From the IMG/VR virus record IMGVR_UViG_3300009159_008407: 64,000 nt of DNA; one strand, 5' to 3'. Position 1 is the first letter of the stretch; the number at the start of each line of letters is the position of its first letter. Source of the DNA: an uncultured virus (IMG/VR IMGVR_UViG_3300009159_008407). Lineage: Duplodnaviria > Heunggongvirae > Uroviricota > Caudoviricetes. Below, one piece after another: positions 55,633 through 64,000 of the stretch. Below the pieces are notes generated by a model, which ran no database searches, was not told the origin of the DNA, and saw only the letters and a list, made by a program, of their open reading frames with translations. Made by a program: the position numbers and the translations under genes.

Positions 55633-56677
55633 GCCAAGAGTAGCAATCTTTTCAGATCTTCATTTAGGTGTTCATGGTAATTCTAACCAATGGCATGATA
55701 TTGCATTAAATTGGTGTCGTTGGTTCGTTGAAGATTTAAAACGTAATAATATCAAAGATATTATATTTTGTGGTGATTGGTATCATAATAGAAGTGAAAT
55801 TTCTGTTGATACATTAACAGTATCAGCTGAAGTGTTTAAATTATTGAGTGAGTTTAATCTCACTGTAATAACTGGTAACCATGATATGTATTTTAAGCAT
55901 CGAACTGATGTACATTCACTTAATATTGTGAAAGGTAAAGAAAATGTAAATGTTATTGACAAACCATTCGTCTTAGAACGTTTTGATAAAACATTAGCAT
56001 TTTTACCTTGGGGGTTTTCTGTAAATGATGTACCTAACGGTGATATATTATTCGGACATCTCGAAATTGAATCTTTTAAAATGAATTCAATGAAAGATTG
56101 CGATGAAGGTATGAAAGCTAGTGATTTATTACGTAAGTTTAATCTTATTATTTCAGGTCACTTTCATACAAGACATGAACGCAATTTTGGAGCAGGTAAT
56201 ATCCTTTATACAGGTAATCCTTTTGAGATGGATTTCGGTGATTGTGGTAACGATAAAGGTTATTACATCCTTAATATTGAAACTACCGAGTTACAGTTTA
56301 TTCATAATAACATTTCACCAAAATATAAAAAACTATCTTTGAGTGAAATGGTTAATGCTGGTACTATTGATAACTATATTAGAACTACCTTCAATAGTAA
56401 TTTTGTAAAACTAAAGGTTGATAAAAATATTAGTTCTGAAGATATGGATTTTTTGCATAGTAAACTACTACAACTTAAACCAGCAAGTTTTACTGTGGAG
56501 TATGATTTTGATTACAACAAACTAATCACAAAAGATACGTTCTTATCGGATGCTTTATCTGATAGTATTAATATACCTAATGCAATTGAAGAATTTATTA
56601 ATTTACTGGATATTGAAGATAAAAAATTTATATTAGATTATACTCTTAACCTTTATGGTAAGTGCACTACAGTATGA
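55622..56677 (+). CDS. gp47: recombination nuclease, Mre11/SbcD-like
   Basis: SDLHLG, GDWY, GNHD, GHLE, SGHFH. Confidence 0.93.
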   Translation: MINKPRVAIFSDLHLGVHGNSNQWHDIALNWCRWFVEDLKRNNIKDIIFCGDWYHNRSEISVDTLTVSAEVFKLLSEFNLTVITGNHDMYFKHRTDVHSLNIVKGKENVNVIDKPFVLERFDKTLAFLPWGFSVNDVPNGDILFGHLEIESFKMNSMKDCDEGMKASDLLRKFNLIISGHFHTRHERNFGAGNILYTGNPFEMDFGDCGNDKGYYILNIETTELQFIHNNISPKYKKLSLSEMVNAGTIDNYIRTTFNSNFVKLKVDKNISSEDMDFLHSKLLQLKPASFTVEYDFDYNKLITKDTFLSDALSDSINIPNAIEEFINLLDIEDKKFILDYTLNLYGKCTTV

Positions 56678-58479
56678 AAAAAGTAATATTTAAAAGTCTT
56701 AAAATTCAAAACTATCTCTCAGTTGGTAATAATCCTGTATGTATCGATTTTAAAAAGGGTATCAATCTAGTTACCGGTATCAATAAAGATAAACCTGATC
56801 GTAGAAATGCTATCGGTAAATCTACTGTTGCTGATGCTTTGTACTTTGGTATTTTTGGAGATCCTTTGCGTGAAATTAAAAAGGATCTTATTGTTAACAA
56901 TATTACAGGTGGTACAACTACAATTGAAATTGAATGCGATGTAGTTACCCCTAAAGAGACTAATACGTATAAGCTTATACGTAAACTTAACCCATCAAAG
57001 GTATATATCTATAAAGATGGTGAAGATGCAACTAGAGATACTATATCAAATACAAACAAGTATATTTGTGATACTCTAAGTGCTACCCCTTCTTTATTTC
57101 AGAATTGTGTTATTATGACAGTTAATAATGCAATACCTTTCATGGCTAAAAATAAAGTAGAAAAGCGCAAGTTTATTGAAGATATTTTTGGCTTGGAAGT
57201 GTTTAGTCAGATGATCTCTGAGTTACGTGGTGAATATAACAACATATCAAAGGAGTATGATCTTGAACAAGCAAAATTTTCTGAAGTTAACAGATCTACT
57301 TTTGATTATAAAAAACAAAGACAGAAAATTTTAGATCACCGTACCCAAAAACATCAAGTTTATTTACAACGTCAACAAGAAAATGATGATACATGGGGTA
57401 AACTTGACGCTAAACTTGCTGGAATGGTTTTTTGGGATAGTAGTATAATACAAGAAAATATTAGTAAACTACAAACTGGTATTAAAAAATGTGAAAGTGT
57501 AATTACCGATAAAAATTTATTAGTTGGTGAATATACAACTAGAATTAAAACTTTAAAAAGCACGTATGAAAAGATCGGTACGGATCAAGAAGAGTGTCCT
57601 GTATGTTTAAGATCAATTAAAGATCACGACGCAAAATATATTAAAGAAGAAAAGGTTAAGATTGAGATCGAAATCGATAATCTAACTAAATTACTCAAAG
57701 CAACAAAGGATGAAATTATTTCAATACAGCAAAAGAAAGATGCTGTTAATAAAAAATTGAAAGATGAAGAAGGTAAAATTGCAAAAAATAAACTTCTCAA
57801 TCAAGAAGAAAAAAATATTTTAGAAAAGATTCAACAGATCAAAAAATGGCAAGAATCACTAATTGATGATATAAATCAGGTTACTGGTACATCAACTGAG
57901 TTTGATGGTATTATTGAAGATACTGAAAAACGTTTAAGTGAATTAGATCAAACTATTATTCAAAAGAAGCAGCAAATTCAAATGCTTGATGTTGTAAAAT
58001 ATGTCATCAGTGAAGAAGGTGTTAAATCTTATATTGTAAATAAATTGCTTGAACTTCTTAATAGCCGATTGCTTTATTATCTCAAGAAATTAGATAGTAA
58101 TGCAATTTGTTATTTTAATGAATTTTTCGAAGAGGAGTTAGTTAATGATAAGAATAAAATCTGTTCATACTTTAATTTTTCAGGTGCTGAACGCAAGAGT
58201 GTAGACTTAGCATGCTTATTTACGTTTTCAGATTTAAGAAGAATGCAAGGTGGGGTACAATACAATATTGCATTTTATGATGAACTATTTGATTCGTCAT
58301 TCGATGAAAAGGGTATTGAACTTATAAGTGATTTACTTAAAGAACGTTCAGATCAATTTGATGAATGTATCTATATCATATCACATAGACTTGAATCACT
58401 TAAATCTGTAACAGGTGAAGTCATTTTCTTAGAAAAAGAAAATGGTATTACTAATAGGGTTGAGTTTAAAGATATCTGA
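56674..58479 (+). CDS. gp46: recombination ATPase, Rad50/SbcC-like
   Basis: NAIGKST, CPVC zinc hook, FSGAE, YDELFDSS, ISH. Confidence 0.93.
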   Translation: MKKVIFKSLKIQNYLSVGNNPVCIDFKKGINLVTGINKDKPDRRNAIGKSTVADALYFGIFGDPLREIKKDLIVNNITGGTTTIEIECDVVTPKETNTYKLIRKLNPSKVYIYKDGEDATRDTISNTNKYICDTLSATPSLFQNCVIMTVNNAIPFMAKNKVEKRKFIEDIFGLEVFSQMISELRGEYNNISKEYDLEQAKFSEVNRSTFDYKKQRQKILDHRTQKHQVYLQRQQENDDTWGKLDAKLAGMVFWDSSIIQENISKLQTGIKKCESVITDKNLLVGEYTTRIKTLKSTYEKIGTDQEECPVCLRSIKDHDAKYIKEEKVKIEIEIDNLTKLLKATKDEIISIQQKKDAVNKKLKDEEGKIAKNKLLNQEEKNILEKIQQIKKWQESLIDDINQVTGTSTEFDGIIEDTEKRLSELDQTIIQKKQQIQMLDVVKYVISEEGVKSYIVNKLLELLNSRLLYYLKKLDSNAICYFNEFFEEELVNDKNKICSYFNFSGAERKSVDLACLFTFSDLRRMQGGVQYNIAFYDELFDSSFDEKGIELISDLLKERSDQFDECIYIISHRLESLKSVTGEVIFLEKENGITNRVEFKDI

Positions 58480-58493
58480 CATAAATTTATGAT

Positions 58494-59693
58494 ATGTTTC
58501 CATCACCGTTTGTATCACCATTTATTCCAGTTCAAGGTGCTAAATTAGCTCAACCACCCACACCACCGAGGGAAAATATAGCACCACGTGAACTTTCTTT
58601 ACCACGTGTTATCAATTATCTTGCTGATTATAGTGGTTGTGGTCACTGGAGGGTTATTTGGCCAGAACAAATTTTAAACGGTAATGGTGCGATGATTTCA
58701 CAATCTAATACTTGTATGGTATTTGAACCAAAGTGGTATGAAGGTGTTACAGCAATTAAAATTCAAAGACAAGCTACAACAGATCAAAAACGATTTATTG
58801 AATACCTAAAATCAATTCAAAAGCAGTGTGGTTTTAAAATTATTTACGAAGTTGATGATGTAGTTTTCAGAGAAGATATTCCAGATTATAATAAGTTTAA
58901 ATTTGCTTTTGATAATGATGAAGTAAGACAAAACTGCATTGATATTATTAACATGGCTGATGAAGTTACTGTAACATGTGATTACATGAGAGATTTGTAT
59001 AGGGAGAAGACAGGTAAACAAGAAATTACAGTCATTCCTAACTTCCCTCCATTTTTCTGGATGGGTTATTTCTTCAACCATTCAAAGGTTTGTAATTCAC
59101 TAGATAAAAACCACAAAAAACCACGCATTCTATATACAGGATCAGGTGCACATTATGATGTAGATAATAAAGTAGGTGGTAAAGATGACTTTGAACATGT
59201 AATCAAAGCAGTTATTGATACAAGAACAAAATATCAATGGGTGTTTATGGGTTCATTCCCACCACCTTTGAAGCCATATATTGAATCTGGTGAGATTGAA
59301 TTCCACCCATGGCAGACCCTTTATCAATATCCAAAGAAAATTTTTGAACTAGATATTAATTTGATGATTGCTCCGTTGCAAGATAACCATTTCAACAGAT
59401 CCAAATCAGATATTAAATTTATTGAAGCATGTCTATTTGGTATACCAGTTATCTGTCAAGATATGGTCACATATAAGGATGCACCACTCAAATTTAAAAC
59501 AGGTGAGCAACTTAAAGAACTTATTGCAGCCACTCTTAAAAATAAACCAAAATATCGTAAGATGTCTATGGAGATGAGACAGGTTGGTGAACAACGCATT
59601 CTTGAAAAGCAAGAAAATATTGGGTGTATTTATGAAGCATATACTACACCATATAATTCACCTGAAAGAAAATACTTGAAGAAATGGAATTAG
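58494..59693 (+). CDS. GT-B glycosyltransferase
   Basis: SGCGHWR..WP, QRQ, YEVDD, VIPN, APLQDN.FN.SKSDIK.IE. Confidence 0.8.
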   Translation: MFPSPFVSPFIPVQGAKLAQPPTPPRENIAPRELSLPRVINYLADYSGCGHWRVIWPEQILNGNGAMISQSNTCMVFEPKWYEGVTAIKIQRQATTDQKRFIEYLKSIQKQCGFKIIYEVDDVVFREDIPDYNKFKFAFDNDEVRQNCIDIINMADEVTVTCDYMRDLYREKTGKQEITVIPNFPPFFWMGYFFNHSKVCNSLDKNHKKPRILYTGSGAHYDVDNKVGGKDDFEHVIKAVIDTRTKYQWVFMGSFPPPLKPYIESGEIEFHPWQTLYQYPKKIFELDINLMIAPLQDNHFNRSKSDIKFIEACLFGIPVICQDMVTYKDAPLKFKTGEQLKELIAATLKNKPKYRKMSMEMRQVGEQRILEKQENIGCIYEAYTTPYNSPERKYLKKWN

Positions 59694-59711
59694 TTCATAT
59701 AATAAGACGAA

Positions 59712-62288
59712 ATGTCTTATAGAAACTGTTTTTACAATAATAATAATCGATCCGTAGAGCTATTTGCGTGGGATAAAGATGGTAATCGTGTGCAGTATAC
59801 TGTATCGCATGATCCTTATTTGTACTTAGAAGACCCTAAAGGTGAAAGTGTATCAATTTATAATACTAAACTCAAGAAGAAATATTTTCGTAACTCATAT
59901 GAGCGTAGTAAATTTTTAAGAGATAGTGGTATTAGAAGGGTGTTTGAAAATATACCACCCGCTCAGCAATACTTACTTGATACATTTTGGCGTGAAAATG
60001 AAAAGCCAGAATTTACTCAGCATCCGATTAAGATCTGCTTTTTAGATATTGAAACTTATTCTGTTGATTCTTTTCCGAATCCAGAAGACCCTACTCATGA
60101 AGTAACTGTAATCACTTGTTATGATAGTTTAAGTAAAGAATTCCATACGTTTGGTATCAAGCCATATAATGGTAGTAACAAGACTGTAAAATACACTCAT
60201 TGTAAAAATGAGAGAGAGTTGTTTATTAATTTTATTGAGTACCTAAAGAAAGATTACCCTGATATTATGTCTGGGTGGAACTCCGAGTTTTTTGATATTC
60301 CATATATCATTAATAGATGTACTCGTATTTTAGGTGAAGAATATACTAAAGAACTTTCACCTCTTGGTAGAGTTCATTATCGGGATATTATTGGTAAGTT
60401 TGGTAGGCAGCAACGCCGATATTATATCGATGGTATGGCTATTCTTGATTATTTGGATATTTACAAACGTTTTTGTTTTAAAGAACGTGATAGTTATAAA
60501 CTAGATAATATTGGTGAAATTGAACTTGGTGAGAAAAAGGTAAACTTAAATGGTATGTCCATTGCTCAATTAACTGATACTGATTGGGATACATTTATTG
60601 ATTATAATATTCAGGACGTTAATATTGTTGTTCGTCTAGAAGAGAAGTTGCAATATGTTAATTTATTAAGAATGTTATCATATGCTGGTCTTTGTACCTT
60701 TGAGCAAGCAATGGGTACCCTTTCAGTTATCAATGGTGCATTGTGTATCAAAGCACGTGAGCTAGGTAAGGTTATATCAACGTTTATTCGTAATGATCCT
60801 GATAGTGTAAATCCTGGTGCATATGTTGCAGAACCTAAAGGTGGTTTTCAAGAAAACATAATCTCTTTTGACGCAAATTCACTATATCCGAACGTTATGA
60901 TTTCACTTAACTTATCACCTGAAACTAAAGTAGGTAAGTTTGAAAAAGTTGACGATGATAATTACATAATTAGGCATGTAAGTGGTAAAACTTTTAATTT
61001 AACTAAAGCTAAATTTGCTGAATTAATTAAAGCAGAAGATCTTGCAATTACTAAAGCAAACTTTTTGTTTACGCAGAAGTTTAAAGGTATTGTTCCTTTA
61101 TTTGTAGATCACTTTTATAATAAACGTGTTGAAATTAAGAAAGAACTTCAAATATATAAAGTTGAATTGAGTAAACTTAAAAAAGGTACTACTGAATATA
61201 GACGAGTATCTGATATGGTTGCTAAACTTAATGCACATCAGATGTGTGTGAAGGTTTTGATTAACTCTTGTTATGGTTATTTTGGTAACAAGCAAGCTCC
61301 TATTGGTGATGATGATATTGCATCTTCTGTAACCTTAACTGGTCAAGCAGTAATTAAAGAGTCTAATATCCTCATTAGAGAATATCTCGAAAATACCGTC
61401 AGTGGTATTACTAAGAATGAACTAGAAGAAGCTATCATATATAATGATACAGATTCTTCTTATGTATCCATTAAGTCTCTCTTTAAAGACAATAAAATCC
61501 AGTTCCTTGATAAGGATGGTAGTATTACTAAAGAAACTCATGAGCAAGTGCAAAATATTGAAAATTTCTTAAATGAAAAAATTAAGATTTGGGGTAAAAA
61601 GAACCTTAATTCAAAAGATTGTCGGTTTGTATTTAAACGTGAAAGTATTGGTGATGTTGGAATATTTTTGCAGAAAAAACGTTATGTATTACATGTGTTA
61701 GATGATGAAGGTATCCCTTGTAATAAATTTAAGTATACTGGAGTGGAAGTAGTACGTACGACTATGCCTAATGCGATTAAACCCTATGCTAAAAAGATTA
61801 TTGAAACGATGATGTTATCGAAATCGCAGATAGAAACTAATAAAGTATTGAATGAAACGTATGATATTTTCAAAAGTCTTTCTATTCAAGATGTTGCGTT
61901 TGTAATGGGTCTAAAAGGATATGAAAAATATTCTGCGCAGTGTAATGAATTTCAAACTGCAAAAGGTATGCCATTACATGTGAAATCGAGTTATTACTAT
62001 AATTTACTTCTTGAAAAGTTTAACCTCGATAACAAATATGAGACTCTTTCATCAGGTGATAAAGTGAGATATTTGTATGTTGAAACTCCTAATAAATATA
62101 TGTTAGAATCTGTTGCATTTAAGAATGAATTCCCTGAAGAGTTTCATCAGTTTTTCAAAATTGACTATGATAAAATGTTTGAGAAAATTCTCTTTCAAGC
62201 AATTGAAAGATTTTATGAAGCTGTAAATTGGAGAATTCGTAAACCTAAAGATAACGTACAAACAGAATTATTTGATTTATTTGGTTGA
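59712..62288 (+). CDS. gp43: family B DNA polymerase
   Basis: DIET, GWN..FFD.PY, SFDANSLYP, K...NS.YG, YNDTDS, KKRY. Confidence 0.97.
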   Translation: MSYRNCFYNNNNRSVELFAWDKDGNRVQYTVSHDPYLYLEDPKGESVSIYNTKLKKKYFRNSYERSKFLRDSGIRRVFENIPPAQQYLLDTFWRENEKPEFTQHPIKICFLDIETYSVDSFPNPEDPTHEVTVITCYDSLSKEFHTFGIKPYNGSNKTVKYTHCKNERELFINFIEYLKKDYPDIMSGWNSEFFDIPYIINRCTRILGEEYTKELSPLGRVHYRDIIGKFGRQQRRYYIDGMAILDYLDIYKRFCFKERDSYKLDNIGEIELGEKKVNLNGMSIAQLTDTDWDTFIDYNIQDVNIVVRLEEKLQYVNLLRMLSYAGLCTFEQAMGTLSVINGALCIKARELGKVISTFIRNDPDSVNPGAYVAEPKGGFQENIISFDANSLYPNVMISLNLSPETKVGKFEKVDDDNYIIRHVSGKTFNLTKAKFAELIKAEDLAITKANFLFTQKFKGIVPLFVDHFYNKRVEIKKELQIYKVELSKLKKGTTEYRRVSDMVAKLNAHQMCVKVLINSCYGYFGNKQAPIGDDDIASSVTLTGQAVIKESNILIREYLENTVSGITKNELEEAIIYNDTDSSYVSIKSLFKDNKIQFLDKDGSITKETHEQVQNIENFLNEKIKIWGKKNLNSKDCRFVFKRESIGDVGIFLQKKRYVLHVLDDEGIPCNKFKYTGVEVVRTTMPNAIKPYAKKIIETMMLSKSQIETNKVLNETYDIFKSLSIQDVAFVMGLKGYEKYSAQCNEFQTAKGMPLHVKSSYYYNLLLEKFNLDNKYETLSSGDKVRYLYVETPNKYMLESVAFKNEFPEEFHQFFKIDYDKMFEKILFQAIERFYEAVNWRIRKPKDNVQTELFDLFG

Positions 62289-62318
62289 TATATCACAATT
62301 ATAATTCATAATATACAT

Positions 62319-62660
62319 ATGAGCGAAAACATTAAAGTTATTATCGACAACGTTGGTAGGTTTATTATTGGTAAAGTTGTATCAGAAACTGATACGGTTT
62401 TGTCTCTTAAGACACCTGTAATTATTCATGTACAACCAAGCCAGACAGGTCAGCTTCAAGTTCAAACTATTCCATTGTTCTTTGGTGAGTTTGTAAAGGA
62501 AAAAGACACAAATGTATGGCACTATACCAAATCAACAATTTCGTATAGCGACGTTGAACTTGATGATAGGTTGCTTAACCAATACTTGGCTATTGCTAAT
62601 CCATCACCAATCATTCAACCGACAGCGGACCCACAGGTTATCAAGTTGTTTGACGATTAA
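62319..62660 (+). CDS. hypothetical protein
   Basis: 113-aa ORF with own TTGA..CATAAT promoter. Confidence 0.7.
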   Translation: MSENIKVIIDNVGRFIIGKVVSETDTVLSLKTPVIIHVQPSQTGQLQVQTIPLFFGEFVKEKDTNVWHYTKSTISYSDVELDDRLLNQYLAIANPSPIIQPTADPQVIKLFDD

Positions 62661-62674
62661 TTAAAAATTATATC

Positions 62675-62709
62675 ACCCCTCTGAGATAATTATCTCAGAG
62701 GGGTTTTTT
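62675..62709 (+). terminator. intrinsic terminator
   Basis: 30-bp palindrome ACCCCTCTGAGATAATTATCTCAGAGGGGT plus T-run. Confidence 0.9.
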
Positions 62710-62744
62710 GTGGATAAATGTAAAATATAGATTATAATAGACTT

Positions 62745-63872
62745 ATGGATAAAGAATTAAAAGCTGCTTTAGATAGTATAGATGAAATCAATCCCTATGC
62801 TACATATTTGGATAAAAATTCCCTTAGTTTGGTTGATGGTTGGATTGATACCGGAAGCTACGTATTGAATGCGTTAATTTCAGGTAAGTTTGATGGTGGT
62901 ATACCAGTAGGTCGTGTAACATTACTTGCAGGTGAATCAATGACAGGTAAGAGTTTATTTGTGCAAAAAATTCTAGCGAATGCGCAAAAGATGGGTAAGA
63001 CGGTACTTATATTTGATACAGAAAATTCGATTGATCCTGTAGGTGCTGAACGTCTTGGTCTTGATATTTCAAAAGTGAAATACATCCCTTCAACAACAAT
63101 TGAAGAAACTCGTAACACAATCTTTAAATTTCTTACAACTGTAAAAGAAAAGAAGCTTGAAGGTAAATTCATCATTGCGATTGACTCTCTAGGTAATCTA
63201 CAGTCACAGATGGAAATGAATCGAATGGAAAAAGAAAGTACTTCCGCTGATATGGGTAGTGCTGCTCGTGCTATGAAATCACTTCTTAAGACATGCAATA
63301 ATATGGGTGCTCTTACTAAGACAACCATTCTTTGTACTAATCATGTGTATGATGATCCATCTGCAATGTTTCCGTCTCTCGAGAAGAATATGCCTGGTGG
63401 TAAGTCTGTAATTTATTTACCGTCTGTATCTGTTCAACTAGCTCGTAAACCTATGAAAGACGATGGAGGTAAGACATTTGATAGTAATATGGTTGCTGGT
63501 CAGAAAAATTATTCTGGTGTTATTATTCGTGCTCTCACACGTAAGAATCGTTTTGTAAAGCAGTATCTCGAGGGTGAGATGTATTTGTCATTCTCATCAG
63601 GTTTAGACAAGTATTACGGTCTTCTTGACTTAGCTGTTGGTATGGGAGCCGTTATTCAAAATGGTGCAACATATGCATTACCAAGTGGTACCAAGCTTGG
63701 GTATTATAAAAATTGGCGTAAAAATGCTAAGCTGTGGGAAGAGGATATCTTACCTAAATTACAAGAAGAAATTACTAAAAATTGGTTGTATAGTAATGGT
63801 AATGAAGTCGAAGCTGATGTACCAGATGAAATCGACGAAATTGACGAACTAGAAGGAGATAAAGATGAATAG
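62745..63872 (+). CDS. uvsX: RecA-like recombinase
   Basis: DTGSYVLN, GESMTGKS, FDTE, IDSLG, NHVY, PGG. Confidence 0.95.
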   Translation: MDKELKAALDSIDEINPYATYLDKNSLSLVDGWIDTGSYVLNALISGKFDGGIPVGRVTLLAGESMTGKSLFVQKILANAQKMGKTVLIFDTENSIDPVGAERLGLDISKVKYIPSTTIEETRNTIFKFLTTVKEKKLEGKFIIAIDSLGNLQSQMEMNRMEKESTSADMGSAARAMKSLLKTCNNMGALTKTTILCTNHVYDDPSAMFPSLEKNMPGGKSVIYLPSVSVQLARKPMKDDGGKTFDSNMVAGQKNYSGVIIRALTRKNRFVKQYLEGEMYLSFSSGLDKYYGLLDLAVGMGAVIQNGATYALPSGTKLGYYKNWRKNAKLWEEDILPKLQEEITKNWLYSNGNEVEADVPDEIDEIDELEGDKDE

Positions 63873-63906
63873 TATCAAAATGCTATATTTTAGTGCTCCG
63901 TGGTGA
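63865..63906 (+). other. thioredoxin-like 5' fragment ending in TGA at the catalytic Cys position
   Basis: MNSIKMLYFSAPW* matches the YFxAxWCxxC start; AGGAG upstream. Confidence 0.65.
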
Positions 63907-63934
63907 AACACACCACGACGCTATAAATAGTTGT

Positions 63935-64000
63935 ATGAATAAAACTAATTTATTGTGGGTTATAGAATATCAAAAATATTTACAGTTCATAAAAAATTGC
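63935..64000 (+). CDS. ORF truncated by window end (possible homing endonuclease)
   Basis: TATAAATA at 63922, ATG 5 nt later, open to window end. Confidence 0.45.
   Translation, partial: MNKTNLLWVIEYQKYLQFIKNC

Noticed and set aside
605..63852. Many short antisense or alternate-frame ORFs nested in larger genes
   Set aside because: No motifs or promoter context; shadows of real genes
1736..63872. Inteins or introns in nrdA, nrdB, gp43, uvsW, uvsX
   Set aside because: Lengths and motif spacing look normal and the frames are uninterrupted
63904..63930. Selenocysteine readthrough of the thioredoxin TGA
   Set aside because: Downstream codons give NTPRRYK then TAG, with no xxC and no thioredoxin continuation; no tRNA-Sec seen
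1..64000. Stop-codon reassignment
   Set aside because: Core genes are intact in code 11, TAG and TGA end real genes, and no CTA/TTA/TCA anticodon tRNA was found

Overview
AT-rich 64-kb segment of a large T4-like myovirus genome; the host cannot be determined from this window. It holds nucleotide-metabolism genes (nrdAB, guaC, a PRTase), a gp5-like baseplate region split over several ORFs, the head/neck module (gp23, 22, 21, 4, 13, 20, 15) and a glycosyltransferase/transketolase sugar cluster. A dispersed 7-deazaguanine pathway is present (folE, queD, queE, queF and a TGT/DpdA-like gene coupled to a GNAT and a kinase; no queC in the window). A 3.8-kb array of 29 tRNA/tRNA-like genes covers all 20 amino acids, and a separate long-arm tRNA-Ile(UAU) lies downstream. 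Then come a block of probable capsid-packaged proteins and the replication/recombination module (uvsY, uvsW, gp55, gp47, gp46, gp43, uvsX). Most interesting points: (1) several structured, pseudoknotted non-tRNA RNAs occupying tRNA slots in the array, two sharing a motif and ending in CCA; (2) the DpdA-like/GNAT/kinase/QueF operon, suggesting an acylated preQ1 modification; (3) a thioredoxin-like ORF stopped by TGA exactly at its catalytic Cys inside a hairpin, followed by a late promoter and a new ORF; (4) near-leaderless, promoter-per-gene architecture. All calls come from reading motifs by eye; no searches were run.
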